Assembly (NCBI GenBank): GCA_964016885.1
Contig: OZ024749.1
Span: forward strand, 53,940,001 to 54,004,000
DNA length: 64,000 bases
Origin: Eledone cirrhosa
Taxonomy: Eukaryota
Direction of reading: 5' to 3'
Shown here: one piece after another, positions 51,046-64,000 of the stretch
How the letters are laid out: every line of letters begins with the position of its first letter
Position numbering within the stretch: the first letter of the stretch is position 1
The notes under the pieces: model-generated
The model's database searches: none
What the model saw: only the letters and a program-made list of their open reading frames with translations
What the model was told of the DNA's origin: nothing
Translations under genes and position numbers: made by a program

Positions 51046-52269
51046 TACACACATATATATACATACACACACACATTAACTATTTTTCTATTTTTTCTTT
51101 TTCCTTTATTTTTTTAGTTGTTTTGTAATTGTAATATTGGTAGGTGGGGGGGGGGGTGAGAAGAGGAACTGACAATGTTAGAGTTTTTAAGAGGGGGAAA
51201 CAACAACAACAACAACAACCTTTTTAGAATTCTCTTCCTCTGTTGTTTCAATGTTTATCAAAACTCAATATAATCACTGAATGTGATTTAAGAATTAATT
51301 ACAATTTCAAGATTGGAGAGAGAGGGGGGAGAGGAGGGATGGAGTGGAGAGTGAGAGAGGAGTGGAGTGGAGAGTGAGAGAGAGGGAAAGATATTGTCTG
51401 GGAATAAACAAACTTTAGAAGAGATATGTATTCACACACATACACACTAAATGACTCACCAAGTAAACCACATACATGGTGGCTGCCAACTCGTTTTCGA
51501 GTACGGCCACTACTTTATATCCATGTAGGAGAACCCCTACCGATGCGCTGAACGAGTGTGACTTTTTAGTTCAGCCAGCGACTTGAAAACTCTGGTACAA
51601 ACACTACACTTGTGACAATTATTGACACATAGTGCTGGGCCCATGGTACCATGTGATGACAAGTGCAGAGAGATCTCCAGATATAAAGCAATGCCTGTGC
51701 CGTGAAGCTTTTATAGTGAGCAAAGGCACTGCACAAAGCCAGTCCCACTCTCTTAACCAAGATGATATTTACCAAAAAGAAGAACAAGTCATTGGATACC
51801 ATCAGAGTTGCAGGTGTTATATCAGAGTTTTGCTTCTCCTAGAATTCTGCCTTGACATACATACATACATACATACATACACACATATACATATATACAT
51901 ACACACATATACATACACACATATACATATATACATACACACACACACACACATACATACACATACATACACACATATACATATATACATATATACATAC
52001 ACATACATACACACATACATATATATACATACACATACATTCATACATGACGAAATTAAAATTGATGATGATGAAATTGAAGTTGACGATGACGAAATTA
52101 AATATATATATATATACATATATATATAAGTATGCATATGGACATACACACACACACACATAAATATATATATATACACACACACATATAAACACATGTA
52201 CGTATGTAATAATAATATTTGATTCATTTGCAAGCAAATGGCCCAACGAAGCTATGCTGTGCCTTTTAT

Positions 52270-52395
52270 TTCTTATTCTATCTCCTGATGAAAGACTGGT
52301 GTCTGAAATGTTAAGACTCTTTTCCTACTATATCAAGCGTTAAACTAATATATTCCTTCATTGTACTATATCATTTGCTTTGTTCTTTCGGTTTA
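52270..52395 (+). mobile_element. Penelope-like terminal repeat with decayed minimal hammerhead (52281-52316)
   Basis: TCTC-CTGATGA-AAGACTGGTGTCT-GAAA-TGTT-AAGA. Confidence 0.6.
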
Positions 52396-55028
52396 CTTTA
52401 TATATATATATACATGTGTGTATATATATATATATATATATAATGGTGAATTTGGATACGCCATTTTCCTTAGCACCTTTTCCCACATCTACCAGGAGAA
52501 TCTATTTCATTGTTCTTTATTATTCCACTATTTCTGTTCCTGATTTGTCTACAGGAATGGTACTCTGGTTTTATACCAGTCTACATATATTCTACATCTC
52601 TTATCTACTCATCTCAGCTTCTTTCTTTCCTTCTCTTTGTTCTTTCATTTACTCTCAGAAAGCACCTCTCCTTCTTCTCTCACATATCATATCATCGTTG
52701 TTAATCTTATTAATAAAAGATGAGTCATATCAGCCATTGTAATGTTATCTGGTTGACTCCAGATATCTGATAAAAATGTTGGAATGGTTGGTCTTCGCTC
52801 TTCTCTTCGGTAAACTATGTCTCTCCTCGGTATCTAACACATCAGTGTTTCTTTGGTTATTGTTATTGTTGTTATTTTTGTGGAGGTGGTGGTAGTGTTT
52901 TTTTTTTGTTAAATGACTACATGCATGCTCTTAAACAACATCAAATATTACATACATACATAAACACACACATATACATACATATGTATACATACATACA
53001 AATACATAAATAAATACATACATATGTATATATACATACATACATACACATACATAAATAAATACATACATATGTATATATACATACATACACATACATA
53101 AATAAATACATACATACACAGCAACAGAAAGTACATAGTACCACAGCTGTAGCCTGATGATGTCTGTCACCCCTGTACCATTAACTGATATTACATTACA
53201 TCAATAATAATTTATTGGAGTGGCTGTCTGATTCAACAAAAGTATCAATATTTTAATATGTTATGGCATTTGAGACTGTAATTTTATACCGTCACCACCT
53301 ACCTTCCTTCACCATCACAACCCCAGCCACCATCACAGCAACCAACACCACCACCACTATCAACACAACCACCACCACTACCAACACTACCACCATCAAT
53401 ATTAAACTAACTAAAATGTGTGACTCATCAGAAAAAATCCATTCTTCATTGGTTTTTATCGAAATTATAAAATCTAGAATAAATATTTGAATTATCATAA
53501 AATAATATAACCATTCTCATCACCACCATCATCATCATCATCATCAAAAACATCACAATACCTATTACCACCACCACAATTATTATCATCATCATCACCA
53601 TCATCATTATCATGTGTATATAACAGCCCCCCCCCCCCCCTCCCGAAATGTGAAACTTTGGCCCTTTTTTCTACCAATCTGCCTAAAACTGGGTCTGTTT
53701 CTATGAACTAAAACCACCCATTTTAAAGAGTTACTACTAAAGTTAATATCTCCCTACATAACTTTAATAAATCTTTCAAAATGACAGCAGCCTGTCCATA
53801 ACAAGGCTCTGCTTCTATGAAATAAAACCACCTATTTTAAAGGGTTCCTAGTTAAATTAATATCTTCCCATATAATTTTAGTAAAATCTCTCAAAATTCT
53901 TCATTAATTGAGCTACAGTGTATTTCATTAGAAATATCATCTCGAAAGGGCTCTCTTCAGAGACCCACAAGAATTTTTCAAGCATGAATCATTTCTTTAA
54001 ACAAAGTTCCTTGTTTATCAAACTTGGATATTTACGAAAGTTGTATTTCTGATGGTGATTTAGCCAATCCTAGAATTTAGAATTTAGAATTCATTAAAGA
54101 CTCATTAATCATTTGTTTCCTTAGGTATTTCGAAATGTGATGTGTTATAGTGCACCTGAGCACTGTACACAATAATTTCATTATTATTATTTAAGTCAAG
54201 TTTTATCAGAGTCTGACATAGAATACGCTCTAGTCTCTAACAAGTGTGATTTTGTCACCTGTTTGTCAAGCATGACTGTAACATGTTACCTGAATGCCAA
54301 GTGTCTTCTATCAGGAACTATATCTGTCAGATGATCTGATGCCAATCCACCGATCCTCAAAAATATAAACTCTAATAAAATAAAATAATGGTTTCTGATT
54401 TAGACACAAGGGCAACAATTTTGGAGGAAGGGGAAAAGGAAAGTCGATTAAATCAACCTCAATGCATTACTGGTATTCTATTTTAACGACCCTGTAATGA
54501 TGAAAGACAAAGCTAACCTCTGAGATTTGAACTTAGAATGTAAAGAGACGTAATTCTTTGCCACAAAGTATGTTGTCCGACGCTCTACTGATTCGATCTT
54601 GTTGATTCTCCCCTTTCCACCAAATTCTGACTCTATAGTGTCTCTAGAAACACTTAGTTCCTATTGTTGTTGTTATTACAGTTGTGAGGCAGAGCAGTGG
54701 CGGTGTTGGTGGTGTTATACCTGTTAGGTGAAACATTTCTTTACCTGCTAAATAATACCTGGCTTAACTATAAAAAACTTGCCTTATTTTTTTTCTCTCT
54801 CTCTCCTTAACAAAAAACACCACACTGCACATCCTTGCACACTGCACATCATTACACGCTGCATCTACAATATGCCACCTCTAATATACCTTTTGAACAT
54901 TAATTTCTGTGAACTCTCTGTATGTTCTGTATTCACATATAACCTGTTACCCCCACATAAAATAGCAACAGTTGAAAACATTCAATCCTCTGAACTTTCC
55001 TGTTTACTTGATCAACTGGGATCAATAC

Positions 55029-55059
<31 letters not shown>

Positions 55060-55916
55060 TTTCCAGTCTATATAAATGGTAGCATGCTTCACTACCTTGT
55101 GTTTTAAAATAGTGGTTTTTGTTGTTTTTTTTTAGATTTTTTTTTTGTATATTCTAGATATGTTGTTGTATAAAACCTTTGTGTAACAAACACTCATCTC
55201 ATTCACAACACATCTCTTCTCACTTTGCTGGTAACTCCCATTATATGAACAAGCTTGTAAGGTGGGAACTATTACGACAATAACAAATCAAAAGCTATAT
55301 TATATATATATTATTTATAAATACTTTCCCAGCCCACCTTCCTATTAAACGTTCCTCTATGAGACTACCTTTTTATTTTATATCGAGGCAAACAAATAAA
55401 CAACATTACTCTATTAATCAACCATAAAAAGGTAAAAAGGGAAATGGCTGGGAACTGTGTTCACCTGGCCAAACCAGGTAAGCTAATTTACTGCTCCATT
55501 TAGTCTCACTTGCATTATATTCTTTGTTACTTGACTAATTGTCATGGTGGTTAGTAAACACCCAACTTATTATTCTGACAGGTAACCTTACATACTATTC
55601 TGTTAGGCGGCCATTTACAAAGACATCCTGCTTCTTCTTCTTCTTCTTCTTCTTCTTCAGAATCAAAGGAAGAATGGCATGAGGAGGGCGGGGGTAGAGA
55701 GAAAGGTGGTAAGGATGAGAGCAGTAGGTGTGTATATATATATGTATATATACACACATATATATATATCACCCACCTTATGGATTGTTTCTCTGTTGAC
55801 CACTGGTCACTAGTCTGTTTTAACGACTGTTCTAGCGATGAGTTTTCTCATTTCTATATCTATACACTCTCACTTCGTCTCGATCAGAGATAACATTGTG
55901 TTTCCATTTAATTTAT

Positions 55917-55992
<76 letters not shown>

Positions 55993-56036
55993 GTATATAT
56001 ATATATATACATATATATATACATATATATATATAC

Positions 56037-56069
<33 letters not shown>

Positions 56070-56152
56070 CATATATATATATACATATATATATATGTAT
56101 ATATATATATACATATATATATATACATATATATATATGTATATATATATAT

Positions 56153-56232
<80 letters not shown>

Positions 56233-56303
56233 GTATATATATATATATACATATATATATATACATATATGTATATATATATATATACATATATATATAT
56301 ACA

Positions 56304-56370
<67 letters not shown>

Positions 56371-56371
56371 G

Positions 56372-56403
<32 letters not shown>

Positions 56404-56497
56404 AAAGGTAAACAAATAACAACACAATCGGTACAGTATATGGAAGGAATATATTAGGTTAACGCTTGAAATAGCAGGAAGAGGGTCTTAATGTTTT

Positions 56498-56539
<42 letters not shown>

Positions 56540-57319
56540 ATAGAGAGAGAGTTTTCTACAGCTGGATGCCCTTACTGTCACCAACCACTTTACACAGTGA
56601 ACTGGGTGTGTTTTACTAGTACAACTGAAACCCCCTCTCATCCCTGGCATTATGATCTGGTTAATACTCTCCAGTTACATTGTAGATTCACATAAACTCA
56701 CCTGTACAAACACATACACATAAAAACACACACACAAACACATGCAAATACAATAACATACACAAATATAAGCACACACACCTGTAGAAACACACACCAT
56801 ATCACATATAGATACAATGACATACAACTACAATCACACACACATAAACTCACCAATACAGACACAAACACACTTATACAAACACACCAACACACCAGTT
56901 CAAACATGCACAAATACACATAAACACATCTATACAAACACACACACACAAACTCACCAATACAAGCACACACAAACACACGCACAAATACACAAACTCA
57001 CCAATACAAACACACACACAAACACACACATAAACACACATACAAACACACACACAAACAAACACACACACATATAAATCCACATGAAACATAATTAAAA
57101 ATGTTGTTGTTGTTGTTATTTCAGTTGTATGAATTCCTTTATTTAATAATCTAATTATCTAGTCATAATTATAAGTTACCCTCACTTGGAAAACCAATCT
57201 TAAACCAATTTAGCAACAGTTACATGTTGCAGAAGTTTTACTAACGATGTAAGCATAATTGCTGGTGTGTAATAATTGTTTTGTAAAGACTGGAATTAGA
57301 TATTACATTTGGAGGCATA

Positions 57320-57760
57320 GAATGGTGTAGTGTAATGTGGTGTGGGGTGGTGTAGTGTAGTGTGGGGTGGTGTAGTGGGGGCAGTGTAGTGTAGTGTGGG
57401 GTGGTGGTATGTGTTGGGCGGTGTAGTGTAGTGTGGGGTGGTGAAGTGTGGGGTGGTGAAGTGTGGGGTGTGTTGGTTGGTGTAGTGTTGTGTGGTGGGG
57501 TGGTGTGGGGTGGTGGTGTAGTGTAGTGTGGTGGAGTGGTGTGGTGTGGGGTGGTGGTGTGGGGTGGTGGTGTGGTGTTGGATGGTGTGTTGGTTGGTGT
57601 AGAGTTGTGTGGTGTAGGGTGGTGTGGTGTTAGGTGGGGTGGTGTGGTGTTAGGTGGTGTGGTGTTAGGTGGGGTGGTGTGGTGTTGGTTCGTGTGGTGT
57701 GGTATTGGTTGGTGTGGGGTGGTGTGGGGTGGTGTTAGATGGGGTGGATGGTGTGGTGTT
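57320..57760. repeat. Degenerate (GGTGT)n G-rich repeat
   Basis: Direct inspection. Confidence 0.88.
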
Positions 57761-58939
57761 GAATGTTCGAAGGTGGAAAAGAAGTTAATAGGATCTTTAA
57801 AAAACCTAAGTGTCAGTTATACAATATGGCTTAAATCTAATGTAAGGAGTTTGGCATGTGTGTGTGTATGTTTATATGAATATATGTGTGTGTTTGTATG
57901 AATATGTGTGTGTGTGTGTGTGTTTGTATGAATATATGTGTGTGTGTGTGTGTGTGTAGTATAGATGTTACACAGGTATGTAGAAGAAACGATATATAAA
58001 ACTTTATTCCAATCTTAGAAAGATTGCTAGCTGTCCAAGATTGCTAGCTGTCCAAGATTGCTAGCTGTCCAAGATTGGTAGTCAAAGATTGTTGGTTGGG
58101 TGGTGTTGGGTGGTTGGATGGTTGGGTGGTTATTGGGTGGTGGAGTGGTGGTTGGGTGGTGGGGGCGATATCAGATTTAAAATACTGAGAATAAATATTT
58201 TAACAGTACCACAGCACCACTGGTGTGTTGATATATAATTATATGAGGGGGGGGGGGGCAGAGAAAAATAACATGACAGAGGAATGGAATATATTTGAAT
58301 AGTTATGGAGACGGATGTTTAGATAGTCAGATAATTAATATAACATATCTATAAACATTATATAATATATATATACAGTGCATGTATGTATATATAAAGT
58401 ATGTATATATATATATAAATAATAAATATTTATGGCAAACTTAAAGTAGATGTAACTACTATTTTTTAATTAGAAGCTTTAGCTATGAAAAGAACAAACA
58501 CTGAAGTGTAAACACTCCCTCACTGTTCCACCCAACACAGAGAAACCTAAGAGATTATTCTGATGCCAGCATTTCAAACGCTTTTTTTTCCCCTTGTGAA
58601 AATATTTCATCTTTTATTCCCATTCTTATCAGAGTTTAATCTTTCATTAATCTTTTATTCCATATCGAAATTCAAAGCATTTTTTCTTGCTATTAATTGC
58701 ATAATGTATTCAGCTTATCAATAAATAACATATGCAACAAATTTAGCCAACAGGAAATATGTTTAATGTTTTAATGTAATATACAAAAGTCTGAGAACAA
58801 CAGAAGACAAAGTAAACTTATGTAATATGTGGTGTAAGGGGATAAATTGGAGAAGATACAGTGAAGTAAAGGAGGATGAGAGGAAGTTATCTTAGCAATT
58901 TTTAATATTCACAAATATTTTCAAATTTACCATTTATTA

Positions 58940-59250
58940 TCAAAAGAACTCCATAAAGGTAAGGGAAGCCTCTGAGAGGAAACTAAAAAAAGCAACATTT
59001 ATTATTAAAAGGAGTCCATAGAGGTGGGGGAAACCTCCGAGAAGAATCTAACAAAAGCAACATTATCAAAAGGAGTCCATAGAGGTGTGGGAAACCTCCG
59101 AGAGGAACGTAAAAAAGCAACATTCATTATCAAAAGGAGTCCATAGAGGTGGGGGATCTCCGAGAAGAAACTAAAAAAGCAACATTCATTATCAAAAGGA
59201 GTCCATAGAGGTGAGGGGGACCTCTGAGAGGAACCAAAAAAAACAACATT
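58940..59250. repeat. Minisatellite, about 59-61-bp unit, about 5 copies
   Basis: AAAAGGAGTCCATAGAGGTG...CCTCCGAGA..AA..AAAAAGCAACATT. Confidence 0.9.
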
Positions 59251-60032
59251 TAGTGGTCTCTAGTACACAGCATTTCTTCCCCTCCTTCTTCCATACACCT
59301 CCCCCCATTTCTTAACACTCCACCCATCACTAGCTAAGTATCCCACCCATGACCCACTTCTTCAATCCCCGCCCTCCACACACACACACACATCCAGCAA
59401 CTGCCCACCTCTCTTTAATGACAAACATGGAAAAGAGACATTTCCCAGGTTTCTCTCAGATGTCCAGTTTACAAGAAGTGGAAACACAGCTCAGTCAGCA
59501 TTATAAATTGTTAGATTATTAATTAAAGACATGTTATGATAACTTAAATTTAAAAATAAACAATATACCAAAATAATTTTAGGTTTGTACTGCATGAAAC
59601 TACATTAGCAAGACATTTTTGAAAAGTAAAAGTCAGCAATATGACTGCATCACATTAATAATTAAAGGCTTTATTCTAATACTGCAAGTTTTCACAACAA
59701 TCTCTCCACTAATGAAGACACTATAAACATATGTACATACATACATGTAATATCTGCATATACACATTTATAGACACAGAAACATATGCATGTGTACATA
59801 TATAATTCAAAACATACAGTAATATCCATACCTACATACACACAGTAAAAATACCACCAAACATACAAACACACAGAGTTAAAACCTCCAAACATACATC
59901 ACGCCTGGTCCTGTAACTTCTGATGGAGTCTCATGGGTGCCATATTGACATACGGCAGTTCTAGGGCATATTTTAAAACCCTGGTGGAGCCCATCTCCTC
60001 TCCAGCTCTGAATACAGTATATTATTTTCTAC

Positions 60033-60407
60033 TGGCAGTATCAGTAGAGGGTCGGACGCCATGCTTTCCAGCATAGTTACATCCCTTTACAGTCTGAGTT
60101 CAAATCCCGCCGAGGTTGACTTTGCCTTTCATCCTTACGGGGTCGATAAAATAAAGTTCCAGTAATGCACTGGGTAATTGCTGGCCGTGTGCCTAAAGTA
60201 GAAACAATTATTTTCCAGAGAAGGGTGATGGATTGGCAGTATCAGTAGAGGACACCATGCTTTGCAGCACAGTTACGTCTCTTTACAGACTGAGTTCAAA
60301 TCCTGCTGAGGTTAACTTTGCCTTTCATCCTTATGGGGTTGATAAAATAAAGTACCAGTAATGTACTGAGTAATTGCTGGCCTTGTGCCAAATGTAGAAA
60401 CAATTAT
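60033..60407 (+). mobile_element. Two tandem tRNA-derived SINEs (Meta/MESC-core-like)
   Basis: A-box TGGCAGTATCAGTAG, B-box GAGTTCAAATCC, core GCCTTTCATCCTTACGGGGTCGATAAAATAAAGTACCAG; other copies at about 11140-11335, 20761-20873, 21120-21230, 24977-25368, 28670-28785, 33390-33490, 54390-54595. Confidence 0.8.
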
Positions 60408-62834
60408 TTTCCAGAGAAGGACAGGGAGTGAGATAAAATGGAAGTGAGAAAGATATAGAGAGGAAGAATCAACCCCAGTACTTGACTGGTACTGTTTTTA
60501 TTGACATCGAATGGATGAAAAGTAAATATGATCTCAGTCTTTAAAATAGAGATTATTATTTATTTTATGATAGGTTTAATGGTGCCATAAAAATCACCTA
60601 ACTGTAAAATATCTGTTCTGAATATAACTATAAATGTTTTAAGGTATTAACAATTAATATCAATTAATTGTGGATTTATCCAACCATACTGTCTGTATTA
60701 CCTATTTTTAAATATATTCTAGAAATCTCCAGATTCTAAGAGTTTTCTATTAGATTTTCTGAAAGGTAGCAGACATTAACTTGATACAGACAGAGACAGA
60801 GACAGAAAGAGAAGGAAATTTGATAAAACTTTCAAGAATCAATGATGGTGCAGTGTTCCAGAAAGAAAGAGCTCTTCTGTTTTAGAAGGATAAATATCAG
60901 TTGAGTGTACATTTGATATTTTATTTTGAAATACTGGAATAGGTTAAGAATAGCCAGTAAATATATATATATATATATATATATACAGATATATAAATTA
61001 AATGAAAAAAAAGCTCTAATTGTGGGAGTATAAACAAGATAGACGGAAAAATGTTTTTCCCCTAAGTTCGCTTATATATAGATCTCCCTACATTGGTTTC
61101 GTATAAACATATACATACATACACGCATATATAAACATATACATACATACATACACGCATATATAAACATATATACATACATATATACACATATATATAT
61201 GTACATATACATATATAAACATATATACATACATATACACACACATATATATATATACACATACATATATATATATACACATACATATATAAACATATAT
61301 ACATACATATACACACATATATATATATACACATAAATACACATATATAAACATACACACAAATATATAAACATATATACATATATACATATATACGTAA
61401 TAACAAAGATGCTTATTTAAATATTAATCAGTGCTTTGGGTGTAGAAACAGAAAATGTTCTCTGGAGACAGAGAATCTATCTTATCATATATTCTAAAAA
61501 GATTAACTTTGAATATTGTAAATTAGATAATTTGTTTTTTTTTACATAAAATCAAAAATATGAAAAAAAAACAAAAAACCAATGGAAAAATTTTTTTTTT
61601 TAAACAATAAAAATAATTCAATTTTTTATTTTCTTTCTTTCTTGTATATATTTTTTTTAGATATGTTGATCTTAACTTCTAACAGAATAACTAAAATAGT
61701 ATCTCTCTCTCTATATATATATATACATACATACACATATATATATATATATATATATTGAGAAAACAATAAAAACCAGCCAAGAATGGTTATGATTATT
61801 GTAACAAGATTTAAATTTGAATTCTGAGACATCTATTCCCAGAACTTCAAACATTTTACATTTGTAAATAGCTTTTGATTTAGGCTATTGTTATATATAT
61901 ATATATATTTTTTAAATATATATATATATATATATATATATTTAAAAAATAGAGGTGTGACACACGATTTGTGATATATTAGTAAAAAGGAAAAAGAAAA
62001 TGCTGACAAATTTTTCCCAGTGAAAAATAGTTTAATTAGGAATAAGTATAAATTAGTAATAAGTATTAGTTAGTATTTAGTTTTAAGTTTTTACCGGTTG
62101 CGCATTTCTAATGCTTTTCTAATGCTTTTCAACGCTGGTGATTTTTGCTCTAATCTGATTAGTTTTGGAAATTATTCCAGTTTTATGTGTAAAAAGTGGC
62201 TCCAGAGGTATTAAGATTTGGTTGGTTGTTAGGTATACACTAACGCATACACTACCTCTTGCATTATCTGTGTTATCTGCCGAATGTATTTTAATTTTAA
62301 TTTTGATTTTGAATTTGAATTGCTGTACAAAAATAGTATAGTATAATATATGCCACTCCACTGTACATCAATATATGTATCTGTATGTCTCTTGCATTGG
62401 AAAGGAGGTCAATTATGTGTACAAACATTGAAAAATGCTCCGAAGACTCCAGGCCTAGGTTTGGATGAAACAATTGTTAGTGAATAAATGCTTTGAACAT
62501 AGCTTTGATTCTTGTGAATTCTATATAACTGCTCTGTAGAACAACTGATGTTATTACATTGAGCTATTTATCTTACTGGTAATAAGGTAGTAATACATTA
62601 CTGACCTTCACTGTTTAGGGTTTAAAATATATATAACTATAAAAAGTTTTAGTATATACATAACCATAAATAGTATCCCTAATATTATATATATATACAT
62701 TTATTTTTTGTATCATACTAAATATATATATATGTGTGTGCGAGTGCGTATATAGTAGATATCCGTAGATGTGAAACAAAAAAAAAAAGGGGAGACAGTG
62801 CTCAATTAGGGAAGAGAGCTGATATATAATATTT

Positions 62835-63010
62835 ATATATGTTCAAACATGGATCAAAAGCACTACCTAAGGTTTCAAGGCCTGATATTAACCATATCTC
62901 CAGATTGATGTATAAATCACAAATTTAATCCCTCTTACAATCTGGAGATTTGATCAATATTGGGCCTTGAAACCTTAGATAGCACTTTTGATCCATGTAT
63001 GAACATATAT
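62835..63010. mobile_element. Foldback MITE, about 70-bp imperfect arms
   Basis: TGTTCAAACATGGATCAAAAG...CTTTTGATCCATGTATGAACA. Confidence 0.75.
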
Positions 63011-63887
63011 ATACATAAAACAAAGGAAGTGTGGTAAGAAATCAAGTGGACCATTGGGCCGTAACTCTATGCGTCAAAGCATGGCGTCCGACCCTCTACC
63101 GATACTGCCAATCCTCCGCCTTGAAATACGTATAATATTAAATATGATTATGGAACATCTGTGTTAATGTTTATTTCATATATAAATATATATATTTTTC
63201 AATCGAGCAACAAGATCCCAGACCTTATTTGCTTACCAATATATATATATTCAATTTATTAAGGCTAAATAGTGAGTCTTAGAGTCATCAGACAAGAACA
63301 TGACCAAATGAGGTTTATATTTCAACATAGTCCCTTGAAAATAACAATACAGTTATTATTAAGAAGAAGAGCTGAAATTAATACATGCAAGATTTCACAG
63401 CTCTAGCATCACTCTTGCATAGTCAACCTATGAACATTTTAACCCACCCTATTAGAATACAATGGAATTTCTAACATTCTACACAATCCCCCTACTATGA
63501 CAGTTTCTAGCTAGTCTATATATATTGCCTGTAATTTACAATTCTTCCTCTGCCTTTTCCCTCCATTTCTCCTGCAGCTCTGAGAACCAACTGTTTGGAA
63601 AGGAAAGCTGACATTTCCACAGCTAAAGTCGACCCTATTTTCCTTGCATTTACACTGCCAATTATTAGCCTAAAGAGATGAAGAGATGTCAATTTTGACT
63701 TGATTGGACCAGAATTTCTCTCCAGCTTGTGTCACAGATTATTTGAACTTCTGTTAACCTTAGGAAAATAATGTATACGCACACCACACATGCATGCATA
63801 CACACGCACATGCACATACAAACATACATACACACACATGCACACACAAACATACACAGACACACACATATGCACATACATACATAA

Positions 63888-63918
<31 letters not shown>

Positions 63919-63947
63919 CAAATATATAAACACATACATACACACAC

Positions 63948-64000
<53 letters not shown>

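Noticed and set aside
51454-51860. Strong minus-strand donor (GTGAGT) as the missing LHFPL first exon
   Set aside because: Upstream sequence matches a retroposon end, and its translations show no LHFPL motifs.

Overview
Eukaryotic, very AT-rich, microsatellite- and SINE-dense DNA. The repeat landscape looks like an octopod/coleoid cephalopod genome (inference). Two convergent genes are supported. (1) A complete 10-exon ATG3 (autophagy E2-like enzyme) on + (CDS 5804-18213, 954 nt, 317 aa), whose last intron is a GT-AG U12-type intron. (2) The last two coding exons of an LHFPL6/LHFP-like tetraspan gene on - (40116-40214, 33009-33127); its first coding exon was not found and probably lies beyond 64000. 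The LHFPL last intron holds an antisense CR1-clade LINE with an intact APE-RT ORF2. That ORF2 has no AUG before the endonuclease and overlaps an ORF1 remnant in the -1 frame across two in-phase slippery heptamers (candidate programmed -1 frameshift). Several type I hammerhead-ribozyme motifs of the Penelope/retrozyme kind are scattered through the window. One lies in a 127-bp-arm palindrome just upstream of ATG3 exon 7. Also present: CRE and R4/Dong-like RLE fragments, RTE and CR1 remnants, piggyBac-, hAT-, mariner- and pogo-like MITEs, tRNA-derived SINEs and many minisatellites. Nearly all other ORFs in the supplied track are microsatellite artefacts. All family assignments come from recalled motifs, not database searches.
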